DNA of 64,000 nucleotides from Escherichia coli (GTDB taxonomy: Bacteria > Pseudomonadota > Gammaproteobacteria > Enterobacterales > Enterobacteriaceae). Under the pieces are notes generated by a model. The model worked only from the letters and a program-made list of their open reading frames with translations, made no database searches and had not been told where the DNA came from. Both the position numbers and the translations under genes were made by a program. Each line of letters opens with the position of its first letter. The first letter of the stretch is position 1. The stretch lies in the NCBI RefSeq assembly GCF_044324785.1, contig NZ_CP172127.1. The stretch is one strand, 5' to 3'. Below, piece after piece: positions 29,944-39,326 of this stretch.

Positions 29944-32202
29944 TCAAATCAATCCTGCCAGATGGAACTCTTCATATAACCGTTTTGGCGTCAGCGGCAG
30001 TGTATTGATTGCAACACCGGTAGCCATCTTCACCGCGTTACGAATAGCAGCGGCAACAGGAATTATGGGTGGCTCACCCAGTGACTTATGTCCGTATGCG
30101 GATTGCGGCTCATTGATTTCGACGAACGCGCTTTCCAGTTGTGGCAGATCCGGCATGGTCGGCATTTTGTAATCCAGCAGATTGGGGTTACGGACCACGC
30201 CGCTTTTCGCATCAATGATCATCTCTTCAAATAGCGCCCAGCCAATGCCCATTCCCATTCCGCCGTGTACCTGACCTTCTGCCAGTAGCGGATTAAGAAT
30301 ATGGCCCGAATCATGAACGTTGAGGATGCGGTTGATGGTGACTTTGCACAGCGCAATATCGATCGTCAGATCAACAAAGGTACAGCCAAATGCCGGTGGG
30401 TTAGTGGTGGTTTTGATGGAGCTTTCAGCAGAGAGCTGCCCGCCGCGTTCAGGGTGGTAGAAAGCGTCCATCGCCAAATCTTTTAACGACATTAACGGCT
30501 CTTCCGGTCGTTCAATCAGCACGATATGGCCTTTTATCAGGGTCAGATTCATCGCTGACTGATGTAGCATGACTGCGGCGTGAGCGATGATTTTCTCTTT
30601 TAATAACAGTGCCGCACTGCGCAGCGCAGGCGCGGCAACATAGCTCTGGCGTGAGGCAAATGCGCCGGGATCGAACGGCGTAACGTCGGTATCTTGTGTT
30701 GAAATAACGCGAACGTCGCTGACCGGAACCCCCACGGTTTCTGCCACCATTTGCGAGAAGACAGTGTCGGCACCCTGACCGATTTCTGTCGCGCCGCTTT
30801 GCACGTTGATGGTTCCATCCTGATTCATCAACAGGCGCGCGCCTGCTATTTCTACGCCGACAGGCCAGGTGTTAGAGGTGTAGCTAAAACAGGCGACGCC
30901 AACGCCGCGGCGTAAATTGCCTTGCTGGTTCTGGCACTCTGCACGGCGTTTTTCCCATTCAAAGATTTTCCGGCCTTTTTCAAGACACTCCGGCAACCCT
31001 GCGCTGTAAATACGTTTGCCTGTGAGCGGATTAGCATCTCCTTCGCGGGCGGCGTTGCGTAAACGAATTTCAACAGGATCAATACCTAACGCTGTCGCGG
31101 CGTCATCAAGCATAGACTCAACGGCAAATACGACTTGTGGCGCGCCATAACCACGCATCGCACCAGCCGAGGGGAGGTTGGTATAGCAGGTCTTTGAACT
31201 GTAAGCGTAGGCACAACGAGGATAAAGGTAAGCGACTTTATTCCCCCCCGCAGAAGCGATGGAGTGCCCGTGAGATGCATAAGCGCCGGTGTTAGACAGA
31301 ACATCCAGACTATAACCTTTCAATGTTCCGTCGCGGTTCACGCCCATTTGCCCGTCAATAGTGAAAGCGTGGCGGGTTCGGGTTGCGAGGAAACATTCTT
31401 CACGACTAAGGGAAACTTTCACCGGAATGCCGCCAAGCTTGCTGGTCAGGAATGCCGCCATTGGCTCTTCCAGAACATCCTGTTTATTACCAAAACCGCC
31501 ACCGACAAACGGTTTGATAACTCGTACGCATGACCAGGGAATATCCAGCGCCTGACCAACGACGCGGCGAACAATGTGCGGGATCTGGGTGCTGGAAACG
31601 ATGGTAATTCGAGAGTCATCCTCCATCCATGCCAGCGATGTCACGCTTTCCATGTGACAATGTTGAATGACCGGCGTCTGATAGTGCCCCTGTACCTGGT
31701 AGTCGGCGGCATCGATTGTTTGTTGGACATTACCCGTCGACATCGTGCTTTGTTTTAGTAAATTGCCGCCGTTATGGATTGGTGCAGCGTCATCTGCCAG
31801 CGCCGCTTCTGGCGTGGTGATAACGGGTAATTCTTGCCACTCAATGCTGACCAATTGCGCCGCTTTTTCTGCCGTGAGTTCATCACGGGCCACGACGATG
31901 GCAACGGCGTCACCATGATGACGAACATGGCGAGTTAGCAGTGCGCGATCGGCGGTATCGCGCTTGTTTTCGTCAAGTGTCCAGGCATGCCCAGCTGTAG
32001 CGAATGGGATATCAGGTACATCTTCCCAGGTAAAAATCGCCAGTACGCCTGGTAAACTTCTGGCTTGTTCATCATTAATACTTACGGCATAACCATGTGC
32101 GATAGGGCTACGTACATATTTCGCGTAACACATGCCCGCCATAACATAATCGTCAGTATATCGTGCCCGCCCGGTGACCTTAGCAATGGCATCGACGCGC
32201 AT
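29944..32202 (-). CDS. xdhA: Xanthine dehydrogenase molybdenum-binding subunit
   Basis: ORF 29944..32241 trimmed to MRVDAIAKVTG... (752 aa); an in-frame ATG at 32241 with a stronger SD (GAGGGGA) is an alternative start. Confidence 0.85.
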   Translation of the reverse strand: MRVDAIAKVTGRARYTDDYVMAGMCYAKYVRSPIAHGYAVSINDEQARSLPGVLAIFTWEDVPDIPFATAGHAWTLDENKRDTADRALLTRHVRHHGDAVAIVVARDELTAEKAAQLVSIEWQELPVITTPEAALADDAAPIHNGGNLLKQSTMSTGNVQQTIDAADYQVQGHYQTPVIQHCHMESVTSLAWMEDDSRITIVSSTQIPHIVRRVVGQALDIPWSCVRVIKPFVGGGFGNKQDVLEEPMAAFLTSKLGGIPVKVSLSREECFLATRTRHAFTIDGQMGVNRDGTLKGYSLDVLSNTGAYASHGHSIASAGGNKVAYLYPRCAYAYSSKTCYTNLPSAGAMRGYGAPQVVFAVESMLDDAATALGIDPVEIRLRNAAREGDANPLTGKRIYSAGLPECLEKGRKIFEWEKRRAECQNQQGNLRRGVGVACFSYTSNTWPVGVEIAGARLLMNQDGTINVQSGATEIGQGADTVFSQMVAETVGVPVSDVRVISTQDTDVTPFDPGAFASRQSYVAAPALRSAALLLKEKIIAHAAVMLHQSAMNLTLIKGHIVLIERPEEPLMSLKDLAMDAFYHPERGGQLSAESSIKTTTNPPAFGCTFVDLTIDIALCKVTINRILNVHDSGHILNPLLAEGQVHGGMGMGIGWALFEEMIIDAKSGVVRNPNLLDYKMPTMPDLPQLESAFVEINEPQSAYGHKSLGEPPIIPVAAAIRNAVKMATGVAINTLPLTPKRLYEEFHLAGLI

Positions 32203-32653
32203 GCAAGATTCACCCGTAGCGGTTGCTTCCCGCGCTTCCATAGAAATCCCCTCGATTTGAACATTTGGTTCTTATGGCAAAGATTTAGTCTAAGCAGGCA
32301 AGATTTACGCCAGAAACGACGATAAGCGTTAGGGGAGGAAGGAAGTGTGATGACGTTAAAAAAACACAGATATGATACGAAACAGGACCCTGAATAGGGA
32401 CAGTGATACGTATCAATATGAGTGGCGATAAAATCAATGTGATAAATCAGGATTATTACGCATCAGGATGGAAATAGGGTAAAAGTCAGGAACTTCGATA
32501 CCTCTGCAGCGAATATTTTGCTGATGATACTTCCCTTTGCCAAATGAAATTAACCTCTTTCTCTATTACCGCGTTTTTCCAGAAGCAAGAGATTGGGTAT
32601 CCAGAGGCTGGCTGCTATGATATGGCGTCTTGTTTTTTAAGCGAGGAAAGATT

Positions 32654-33409
32654 TTGAGTGCGGGACGCCTGAATAAAAAATCTCTGGGTATCGTGATGTT
32701 GTTATCGATTGGACTGCTTTTGGCGGGCTGTTCGGGTAGCAAATCATCCGATACAGGAACGTATTCCGGCTCCGTTTACACCGTGAAACGGGGGGATACG
32801 CTATATCGTATTTCGCGCACCACGGGAACCAGCGTAAAAGAACTTGCGCGACTGAACGGCATTTCACCCCCTTACACCATTGAAGTTGGTCAGAAACTAA
32901 AACTGGGTGGGGCGAAAAATAGCAGTAGTACACGTAAATCAACCGCCAAATCAACGACCAAAACCGCATCGGTTACACCGTCATCAGCGGTACCGAAATC
33001 TTCCTGGCCGCCAGTAGGCCAACGTTGTTGGTTATGGCCAACGACAGGGAAAGTTATCATGCCGTATTCGACAGCTGATGGCGGCAATAAAGGGATTGAT
33101 ATCTCTGCTCCACGGGGTACACCTATTTACGCCGCGGGTGCAGGAAAGGTGGTGTATGTGGGCAACCAGCTGCGTGGCTACGGTAATCTCATCATGATTA
33201 AACACAGTGAAGATTACATTACGGCTTACGCCCATAATGACACGATGCTGGTAAATAATGGGCAAAGCGTGAAGGCTGGGCAAAAAATCGCCACTATGGG
33301 GAGCACTGATGCGGCATCTGTTCGCCTGCATTTCCAGATTCGTTACCGTGCTACGGCAATTGATCCGCTGCGTTACTTGCCGCCTCAGGGCAGCAAGCCA
33401 AAATGCTGA
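32654..33409 (+). CDS. ygeR: LysM / M23-peptidase-domain lipoprotein
   Basis: Signal peptide with lipobox LLAGC; LysM segment (YTVKRGDTLYRISR) and M23 peptidase-like C-terminus; start assigned to TTG at 32654 after RBS GAGGAAAG (251 aa); the ORF-track ATG at 32630 is an alternative. Confidence 0.75.
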   Translation: MSAGRLNKKSLGIVMLLSIGLLLAGCSGSKSSDTGTYSGSVYTVKRGDTLYRISRTTGTSVKELARLNGISPPYTIEVGQKLKLGGAKNSSSTRKSTAKSTTKTASVTPSSAVPKSSWPPVGQRCWLWPTTGKVIMPYSTADGGNKGIDISAPRGTPIYAAGAGKVVYVGNQLRGYGNLIMIKHSEDYITAYAHNDTMLVNNGQSVKAGQKIATMGSTDAASVRLHFQIRYRATAIDPLRYLPPQGSKPKC

Positions 33410-33442
33410 TGGCGAATTAATCAGCAGTCAGCAGCGCGGCAC

Positions 33443-33470
33443 TTGCTAAGGAGAGCGTAAGGTTTATAAT
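33443..33470 (+). promoter_or_regulatory. Probable sigma70 promoter of glyU
   Basis: -35 TTGCTA, 16-bp spacer, perfect -10 TATAAT, GC-rich discriminator; about 18 bp upstream of the mature tRNA 5' end. Confidence 0.5.
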
Positions 33471-33487
33471 GCCTTACGCATCTCGAA

Positions 33488-33561
33488 GCGGGCGTAGTTC
33501 AATGGTAGAACGAGAGCTTCCCAAGCTCTATACGAGGGTTCGATTCCCTTCGCCCGCTCCA
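33488..33561 (+). tRNA. glyU: tRNA-Gly (anticodon CCC)
   Basis: 74-nt sequence GCGGGCGTAGTTCAATGGTAGAAC...TTCGATTCCCTTCGCCCGCTCCA with cloverleaf stems, anticodon loop cTTCCCAAg and encoded 3' CCA. Confidence 0.9.
33544..33561 (+). repeat. attL core (3' end of glyU)
   Basis: Exact 18-bp copy of the sequence at 52689-52706. Confidence 0.75.
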
Positions 33562-33725
33562 AACAAACATTTCTCAACGTCTACTGAAGTCCATCAAATC
33601 CACGAATATCAAGCCTTTCAGCCATTTTCATAGCTTATTAACGTCTACTCACAACTACCAGAATCTACACACAGAAGTGTATAGTAATGCGTATAGGACA
33701 AAATTTATTTTTTGGAGCTATACAC

Positions 33726-34940
33726 ATGCTGCTTTCAGACCTTGCTATCAGGCGCGCGAAGCCGAAAGAAAAGGCTTATACACTCAATGACGGTAACGGG
33801 CTTTCGTTACTCATTGAGCCGAACGGCTCGAAAGGGTGGCGACTACGTTACAGATTTGCAGGAAAGCCCAAAATGTTGTCGTTGGGCGTGTACCCTGATG
33901 TGTCTCTGTCTGATGCCAGAGCGGCAAGGGATGAGGCTAAAAGGCTTCTTGCTGGTGGTATAAATCCAAGTGAGGCCAGAAAAGCTCAAAAGCGAGAACA
34001 GGCGAGCAAATTTGGCAATACTTTTGAGGGTATCGCTCGCGAATGGTATGAAAAGCGGATCGACAGGTGGTCATCGTCATACGCCGAGGAAATGATCGAG
34101 ACGTTTGAAAAAGACGTTTTTCCGTACATTGGCGGCAGGCCGATCGCAGAAATTAAGCCAATGGAGTTGCTTGCGGTTCTCTCCCGTCTTAATGACCGTG
34201 GGGCGACCGAAAAATTGCGTAAGGTTCGCCAGCGATGCGGCGAGGTGTTCCGGTACGCAATCATCACCGGACGCGCTGAATATAACCCCGCACCAGATCT
34301 GGCAAGCGCATTTGCTCCACACAAAAAAGAGCATTATGCCTATTTGAAGGCCGACGAACTGCCGGAATTTTTCCGCGTTCTTAATACGTACACCGGAAGC
34401 CAGATCGTCAAGCTGGGTATGCGATTATTGATTCTGACAGGGCTCCGGCCAGGGGAATTACGACAGGCAGAATGGCAGGAGATCGATTTTGATAATCGTT
34501 TGTGGGAAGTGCCTAAAGAACGAATGAAGATGCGCCGTCCTCATTGTGTGCCGCTTTCAGAACAGGCGATCGCTATTCTGGAACAGTTAAAACACATGAC
34601 GGGGCAGTATCAGTTTATTTTCCCTGGTCGAATCCAGCACAGTAAGCCGATGAGTGAAATGGCGATGAACGTGCTTATTCGTCGTATTGGCTATTCTGGG
34701 CGCGTTACTGGTCATGGGTTCCGGCACACGATGAGCACGATTTTACATGAGCAGGGCTATAACACCGCGTGGATAGAAACGCAGCTTGCACACGTTGATA
34801 AGAACTCAATTCGTGGCACGTACAATCATGCGCAATATCTGGACGGGCGGCGCGAGATGCTCCAGTGGTACGCCGACTATATGGACTCACTGGAACAGGG
34901 CGGCAACGTGGTGCATGGCAAGTTCGGAAAATGTGGATGA
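33726..34940 (+). CDS. int: Tyrosine recombinase, P4-family integrase
   Basis: N-terminus MLLSDLAIRRAKPKEKAYTLNDGNGLSLLIEPNGSKGWRLRYRFAGKPKMLSLGVYPDVSLSDAR is the P4-type integrase arm-binding signature; C-terminal catalytic residues (R..HGFRHT..Y); ATG at 33726 with GGAG RBS preferred over the ORF-track start at 33687. Confidence 0.85.
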   Translation: MLLSDLAIRRAKPKEKAYTLNDGNGLSLLIEPNGSKGWRLRYRFAGKPKMLSLGVYPDVSLSDARAARDEAKRLLAGGINPSEARKAQKREQASKFGNTFEGIAREWYEKRIDRWSSSYAEEMIETFEKDVFPYIGGRPIAEIKPMELLAVLSRLNDRGATEKLRKVRQRCGEVFRYAIITGRAEYNPAPDLASAFAPHKKEHYAYLKADELPEFFRVLNTYTGSQIVKLGMRLLILTGLRPGELRQAEWQEIDFDNRLWEVPKERMKMRRPHCVPLSEQAIAILEQLKHMTGQYQFIFPGRIQHSKPMSEMAMNVLIRRIGYSGRVTGHGFRHTMSTILHEQGYNTAWIETQLAHVDKNSIRGTYNHAQYLDGRREMLQWYADYMDSLEQGGNVVHGKFGKCG

Positions 34941-35062
34941 CTGGTTGAGTATACAGTAGTAGACTTTGAGCGACGAAAGAAAAAGCTGTGTCTAGGGTCG
35001 CTCCCGAAAAACCGTATACCTCGACGGGCTGGCACAGCCACTACAGTAGAGGACGCTGAGGT

Positions 35063-35866
35063 GTGCGTATGATTGATATTCATGCCGAATTAAACGAATA
35101 CAAAAAAGATTTTATTTCTTTACGTGAATTTCTTGAGGTCGTGCTTAAGGTCGCTGGTGATGATTATGATGTTTCAGATCTCATAACTTGGATACTCAGG
35201 AGAATAAGCGGAGAACATATCCGCCTGTACACAGTAAATGAATTTAAGCTGTTGGAATCTTTTTGTAACCCGTATCGGGATGAATTTGATTATGATGTTC
35301 TTTATAGAAATCTGGATGCGGTTCGGAAACATGGTTGTTTACCTGGTGAGAGGGATGAAAATGGTTTTCTGGTGTCCGGTTATTGGGAAGATCCCGAATT
35401 TGAGAACATTGGATTTATAAGGGGTGAAATTTTCGCAATTTTTCCCGATGTCCTTGACGCGTTAACGAAGCTGGAAGGCGCTAACTCTTCTGAAAATGAC
35501 GAGGTACAAGGACGCGATATTGAAAAGAAAGAGTTGCGTACAGAGGATGATTTATTATCCCAAATCGCAATGCTGGAAAGAGAAAACGCAGAGTTAAGGG
35601 CAAGGATAGAGCAGTTAGAGCAAGAGCGCCCGATACACTTATATAAATACTGGGATAAAGACCCATTAGCTAAGGCTATTGAGATTAGAAACAGAGAGTG
35701 GGCCAATTACGATCCAGAAAATGATTTTGCCACCAGGGGAAATCAAGAAGCGATAACCAGGGAGCTTAAGCAGTGGGGGGCAAGTAATGCTCTTGCAACG
35801 CTCATAGAGAGGACTGCCTGCCCTATTAACCGAGACAACAGCCAAAAGAACGCAAAGCCGGATTAA
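35063..35866 (+). CDS. Hypothetical protein (coiled-coil C-terminus), integrase-adjacent
   Basis: 267-aa ORF; acidic, with a heptad-like segment (LLSQIAMLERENAELRARIEQLEQE); no recognisable catalytic motif. Confidence 0.45.
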   Translation: MRMIDIHAELNEYKKDFISLREFLEVVLKVAGDDYDVSDLITWILRRISGEHIRLYTVNEFKLLESFCNPYRDEFDYDVLYRNLDAVRKHGCLPGERDENGFLVSGYWEDPEFENIGFIRGEIFAIFPDVLDALTKLEGANSSENDEVQGRDIEKKELRTEDDLLSQIAMLERENAELRARIEQLEQERPIHLYKYWDKDPLAKAIEIRNREWANYDPENDFATRGNQEAITRELKQWGASNALATLIERTACPINRDNSQKNAKPD

Positions 35867-35881
35867 CGCACCATACCGCAT

Positions 35882-36024
35882 ACCCTGAGGGTGATTTACT
35901 GTTACCCTGAGGGTATTTTTTTATCTTCCCCGTCAATTTTACCATCACCCTTAGGGTAGATTTCCTCCCGATTACCATCACCCTTAGGGTTAATTTCCTT
36001 CCGGTAACCATTAGGCCTGAGGGT
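35882..36024. repeat. Cluster of five near-palindromic 11-bp repeats (ACCCTGAGGGT / ACCCTTAGGGT) upstream of alpA
   Basis: Copies at 35882, 35904, 35947, 35980 and 36016 (the last as CCTGAGGGT); two copies sit inside a 17-bp direct repeat ACCATCACCCTTAGGGT. Confidence 0.5.
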
Positions 36025-36093
36025 ATGAAAATATTCGTTATTTCTGTGCCATGATTACCTCGTCAAATTGAGTAGACGTTATGAGGTAAATAG

Positions 36094-36291
36094 ATGTCAA
36101 ATACGCTTATTCGTTTAACAGAAGTTCAGCGTAGAACTGGATATAGCAAGGCATGGATTTATCGCCTTATGGGGCAAGGTAAATTTCCTGCATCAGTTAA
36201 AATTGGCTCGCGAGCGATTGCTTTCGTTGAAAGTGAAATTGACGAATGGATCAATCAGCGTATTGCCGAATCACGCGGAACGGCTGCCTGA
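36094..36291 (+). CDS. alpA: AlpA-family phage regulatory protein (excisionase/transcriptional regulator-like HTH)
   Basis: 65 aa; MSNTLIRLTEVQRRTGYSKAWIYRLMGQGKFPASVKIGSRAIAFVESEIDEWI matches the AlpA/Vis-type HTH pattern; RBS present. Confidence 0.8.
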   Translation: MSNTLIRLTEVQRRTGYSKAWIYRLMGQGKFPASVKIGSRAIAFVESEIDEWINQRIAESRGTAA

Positions 36292-36366
36292 TTAAATAGC
36301 TACGGGTTATTGCCCAAGCTATCCACTAGCAAATAAAAAGTAACTTAATTCGATAGCGGAGTTTTT

Positions 36367-37191
36367 ATGAAACTGCGAAAAACGCCCGTACAGGGGCAGG
36401 GCTTTGTTCGGCCTGAAAACCAGAATCTGCAAAATTTCGGCGAAATTATCCCGGTTATTTCCGGCGTTATTGGCGGGCGTGAAGCCGCTGTTGTTAGCGC
36501 AAAAGCGTTACACAAAGCGTTGGGCGTGGGAAAAGACTTCTCTACATGGATCACTGATCGTATCTCTGAATATGACTTCACCATTGGGTACGATTACTCA
36601 GTCCATAAAACAATTTCCCCAAATTTGGGGAAAAGCCCGAATGGCGAGGCTTACAGCAAGATTAAGCACTCTGGCAGACCCGGTAAAGACTATCTGTTAA
36701 GTGTCGGAATGGCGAAAGAACTGGCAATGATCGAACGCACCGAACAGGGCCGCGCCGTTCGTCAGTACTTCATCAAATGCGAGGAGGAGCTACACAAAGT
36801 AGCGCCAGTGCGTTCCGCAGCGTTACGCCGTGAACTGAAAGCCCGTATCACCGTTGCCAGCTACTTTAAGCCGATGTGTGCCGCGCTGGAGGCGTACCGC
36901 GCTGAACTGGGTAAAAACACGCTCCAGCACCACTACACCACGGAAGCCAATATGCTGGCGCGTATCGTGCTGGGTGGCATGACTGCAAAACAGTGGGCGC
37001 AGGCGAACGGCATCACAGGCGAACCACGCGACCACATGAGCACGCTGCAGCTTGAGCACCTTTCTTACCTTGAGCAGAGCAATATCACGCTGATTGAGTT
37101 AGGCCAGGACTACCACCAGCGGAAAGCTGAATTAATTCGTCTTTCGCAACGCTGGTTAGCCCGCCGCATGGAGGTGAGCAGCCATGCGTAA
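36367..37191 (+). CDS. Phage antirepressor-like regulatory protein
   Basis: 274 aa; N-terminal segment (VVSAKALHKALGVGKDFSTWITDRI) resembles AntA/Rha-type phage regulatory domains. Confidence 0.5.
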   Translation: MKLRKTPVQGQGFVRPENQNLQNFGEIIPVISGVIGGREAAVVSAKALHKALGVGKDFSTWITDRISEYDFTIGYDYSVHKTISPNLGKSPNGEAYSKIKHSGRPGKDYLLSVGMAKELAMIERTEQGRAVRQYFIKCEEELHKVAPVRSAALRRELKARITVASYFKPMCAALEAYRAELGKNTLQHHYTTEANMLARIVLGGMTAKQWAQANGITGEPRDHMSTLQLEHLSYLEQSNITLIELGQDYHQRKAELIRLSQRWLARRMEVSSHA

Positions 37192-37741
37192 ACCTGTCTT
37201 TTATGCCGGGCGCACTGAAATCTCTGTCATTAAATTCGATGACATTCAGGTGCGCATAGTGAGTATCAACGGCGAGCCGTGGTTTGTTGGCGCTGATGTG
37301 TGTGCTGCGCTGGAAATCAGCAATGTTACTGATGCTGTTTCAGTTCTGGATAACGACGAGGTAATGACCCTAGCTTTAACCGAGGGGCATTCCGGTAAGC
37401 GTGGTGGTGCCAGAAGCTGGAATGTTGTCTCTGAATCAGGTTTCTACAAACTGATCGCCCGCAGCCGTAAAGCTTCCACACCTGGCACATTTGCGCACCG
37501 TTTCAGTAACTGGGTATTCCGCGAGGTTATTCCTTCAATCCGCAAAACGGGGAGTTATGGTGTTCCGTTTGCCATGCTGAATGATTTCAGTAAACGCCAG
37601 GCTGCATATCAACAGGAAGCCAGCAAACGCGGTTACAGGTTACAGCAATGCAAAGAGGCAAAAGATGCACTGGAACGAGAAGAGCGGGCGCTATGGCGTA
37701 AATATCAGCCTGATTTTCTGGAGGGTGAAAGCAATGTGTAA
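37184..37741 (+). CDS. Bro-N domain protein (phage antirepressor family)
   Basis: 185 aa; GEPWFVGADVCAALEISNV...VLDNDE...ESGFYKLIARSRK...FSNWVFREVIPSIRKTGSYG is the Bro-N signature. Confidence 0.7.
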   Translation: MRKPVFYAGRTEISVIKFDDIQVRIVSINGEPWFVGADVCAALEISNVTDAVSVLDNDEVMTLALTEGHSGKRGGARSWNVVSESGFYKLIARSRKASTPGTFAHRFSNWVFREVIPSIRKTGSYGVPFAMLNDFSKRQAAYQQEASKRGYRLQQCKEAKDALEREERALWRKYQPDFLEGESNV

Positions 37742-37909
37742 CGATCCGAACGTTACAGAAAGAAAAAGCGCCCCGTTGCTGGATAACAGGCAAAACAAAG
37801 GCGACCGGGATAGGTCGCCAGTGGGAACAAAGGAAATCAAACGCATCGCCAACAATGCCAGATTTGCGGCTGGTGGGCAATGTGATCAGTGTGCTGGCTT
37901 GCTGGTGGG

Positions 37910-38107
37910 CTATTCCTGCTCTTTAGCATCGCCATACTGCGATGTTTTCCAGGTATGCGATCCCATTTTTGTGCGCCTGTACTCTTTTAAGAACTTCTCA
38001 AGGACAAACGCACATGGCGCAAATCTTTCCTGTTCTTGTTCGCTTACCGCATTTTTGCGTTGTTTTTTCCTGGATGAGGATAATTTCTTTAATGATTTGT
38101 CAGTCAT
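37910..38107 (-). CDS. Small hypothetical protein (paralogue of 38165..38362)
   Basis: 65-aa minus-strand ORF in a region where the overlapping plus-strand ORF looks non-coding; shares the C-terminal KEQE ending and a basic/acidic pattern with its neighbour. Confidence 0.3.
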   Translation of the reverse strand: MTDKSLKKLSSSRKKQRKNAVSEQEQERFAPCAFVLEKFLKEYRRTKMGSHTWKTSQYGDAKEQE

Positions 38108-38164
38108 CGTAGATACCTGTAACCCTGTGCGCCACAGTTCACCGCACCACGGCGCTGGTGATGG

Positions 38165-38362
38165 TTACTCCTGCTCTTTGGCCTTCCGGCGCTGTTCATA
38201 TTTTAATTTGCGTCCACAGGCATCTAAGACCCATGCGGAAAAATTAGCACTAGGATTAGTTAATTTTTCTTGTTCAACACTGGCATCAATCCCATCTATA
38301 AGCTCGTGCGGGAATCGAATATTTTTCTTTGCTGATTTGTTGTTTGTGTTTCCGCTAGACAT
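38165..38362 (-). CDS. Small hypothetical protein, candidate regulator divergent from the replication operon
   Basis: 65-aa minus-strand ORF whose 5' end abuts the operator-like palindromes at 38391-38469. Confidence 0.3.
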   Translation of the reverse strand: MSSGNTNNKSAKKNIRFPHELIDGIDASVEQEKLTNPSANFSAWVLDACGRKLKYEQRRKAKEQE

Positions 38363-38390
38363 TGGTACACCTCACTTAAATGGATTTGAT

Positions 38391-38469
38391 GGGCGCACAC
38401 AATACAGCAAAAAAAGTGAGAAGTTAAGTATTGACATGTGCGCACACATGATTTTAATCTGTGCGCACA
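38391..38469 (+). promoter_or_regulatory. Sigma70-like promoter overlapped by three GTGCGCAC palindromic operator-like sites
   Basis: -35 TTGACA (38431-38436), 16-bp spacer, -10 TTTAAT (38453-38458); palindrome GCGCACA at 38393-38399, TGTGCGCACACA within the spacer (38437-38448) and GTGCGCACA at 38461-38469. Confidence 0.45.
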
Positions 38470-38567
38470 GTTTGGGTTGCATTGCTCAAATTAAGCAACG
38501 CCCCGCAGTGCTCGCAACACATGCAGGGCGTCTAACCACCAACGATAGAAAGCGTATCGAGGTAGCT

Positions 38568-38771
38568 ATGTTAAATCATACCACACACCCGCAAGGGCGG
38601 GACTCGCACAACCTGAATAAATACATCTGGCGTTTTATCGCCCTGAGCACCGCACAACCACGCGTAATACACATCGAGGCCGCCAGCGAACAGGAAGCCC
38701 GTCAGCAATCCCCGGCTGGCTGCGTGATGGTATTTACTGCCCGCATCCGTCAGGGGGAATACTATGCGTGA
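38568..38771 (+). CDS. Small hypothetical protein (first ORF downstream of the operator-controlled promoter)
   Basis: 67 codons (MLNHTTHPQGRDSHNLNKYIWRF...) with GAGG RBS; corresponds to the only plausible coding part of ORF-track entry 37581..38771. Confidence 0.3.
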   Translation: MLNHTTHPQGRDSHNLNKYIWRFIALSTAQPRVIHIEAASEQEARQQSPAGCVMVFTARIRQGEYYA

Positions 38772-39021
38772 TGAACGATTTATTCTTCTGGAGCAAAAAT
38801 TCAGTGAAGCGCCAAAAAATGAAATTGATGCTCTTTTGCATATCGCGAATATGCTAAAAGTAGCAACGTTCCTTATAGTTTCGAATCTGGAGCATGAAAC
38901 GGCGTTAGATATACTGAACAGTGCTGTCGATTATTCTGAATATATTGCCGAGGATAAATACAGGCAATTACCAGATTTGTTAGCCCATAAATATAAAGAA
39001 GAACCTCACACCGGGAAATAA
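38764..39021 (+). CDS. Hypothetical protein
   Basis: 85-aa ORF in the same orientation and tightly packed with the replication gene. Confidence 0.4.
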   Translation: MRDERFILLEQKFSEAPKNEIDALLHIANMLKVATFLIVSNLEHETALDILNSAVDYSEYIAEDKYRQLPDLLAHKYKEEPHTGK

Positions 39022-39023
39022 AC

Positions 39024-39326
39024 ATGAAGAAGATTAAATTTACTGGCTTAAATGCCAGCGGACAGACTCACCCGAAAATCAGGATCGGGGATATTTTCCG
39101 GGATAAATATGGTGACAGCGTGGTTATTAATTCCGTGTATGAACGGCACATTACATACCGCCGCGCAGGGTACGACTATGACTGTGTGATGCCCGTTCAT
39201 CAGTTCCGGCGTGATTTTTCACTGGTATGTGCAGTACCACGCAGTAAGCCCACCAGTAAAGAGAAAGCACGGGCAAATATTCAGGTAATAAAGAACATGA
39301 TTAACGCATTCAGGGGCAAGAAATGA
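39024..39326 (+). CDS. Hypothetical protein
   Basis: 100-aa ORF; stop overlaps the start of the 708-aa replication gene (ATGA). Confidence 0.4.
   Translation: MKKIKFTGLNASGQTHPKIRIGDIFRDKYGDSVVINSVYERHITYRRAGYDYDCVMPVHQFRRDFSLVCAVPRSKPTSKEKARANIQVIKNMINAFRGKK

Noticed and set aside
37581-38771. 396-aa plus-strand ORF from the ORF track
   Set aside because: It starts inside the Bro-N gene in another frame, has a low-complexity Cys/Ser/Phe-rich translation and runs straight through the promoter/operator region; only its last 67 codons (38568..38771), which have an RBS, look plausible.
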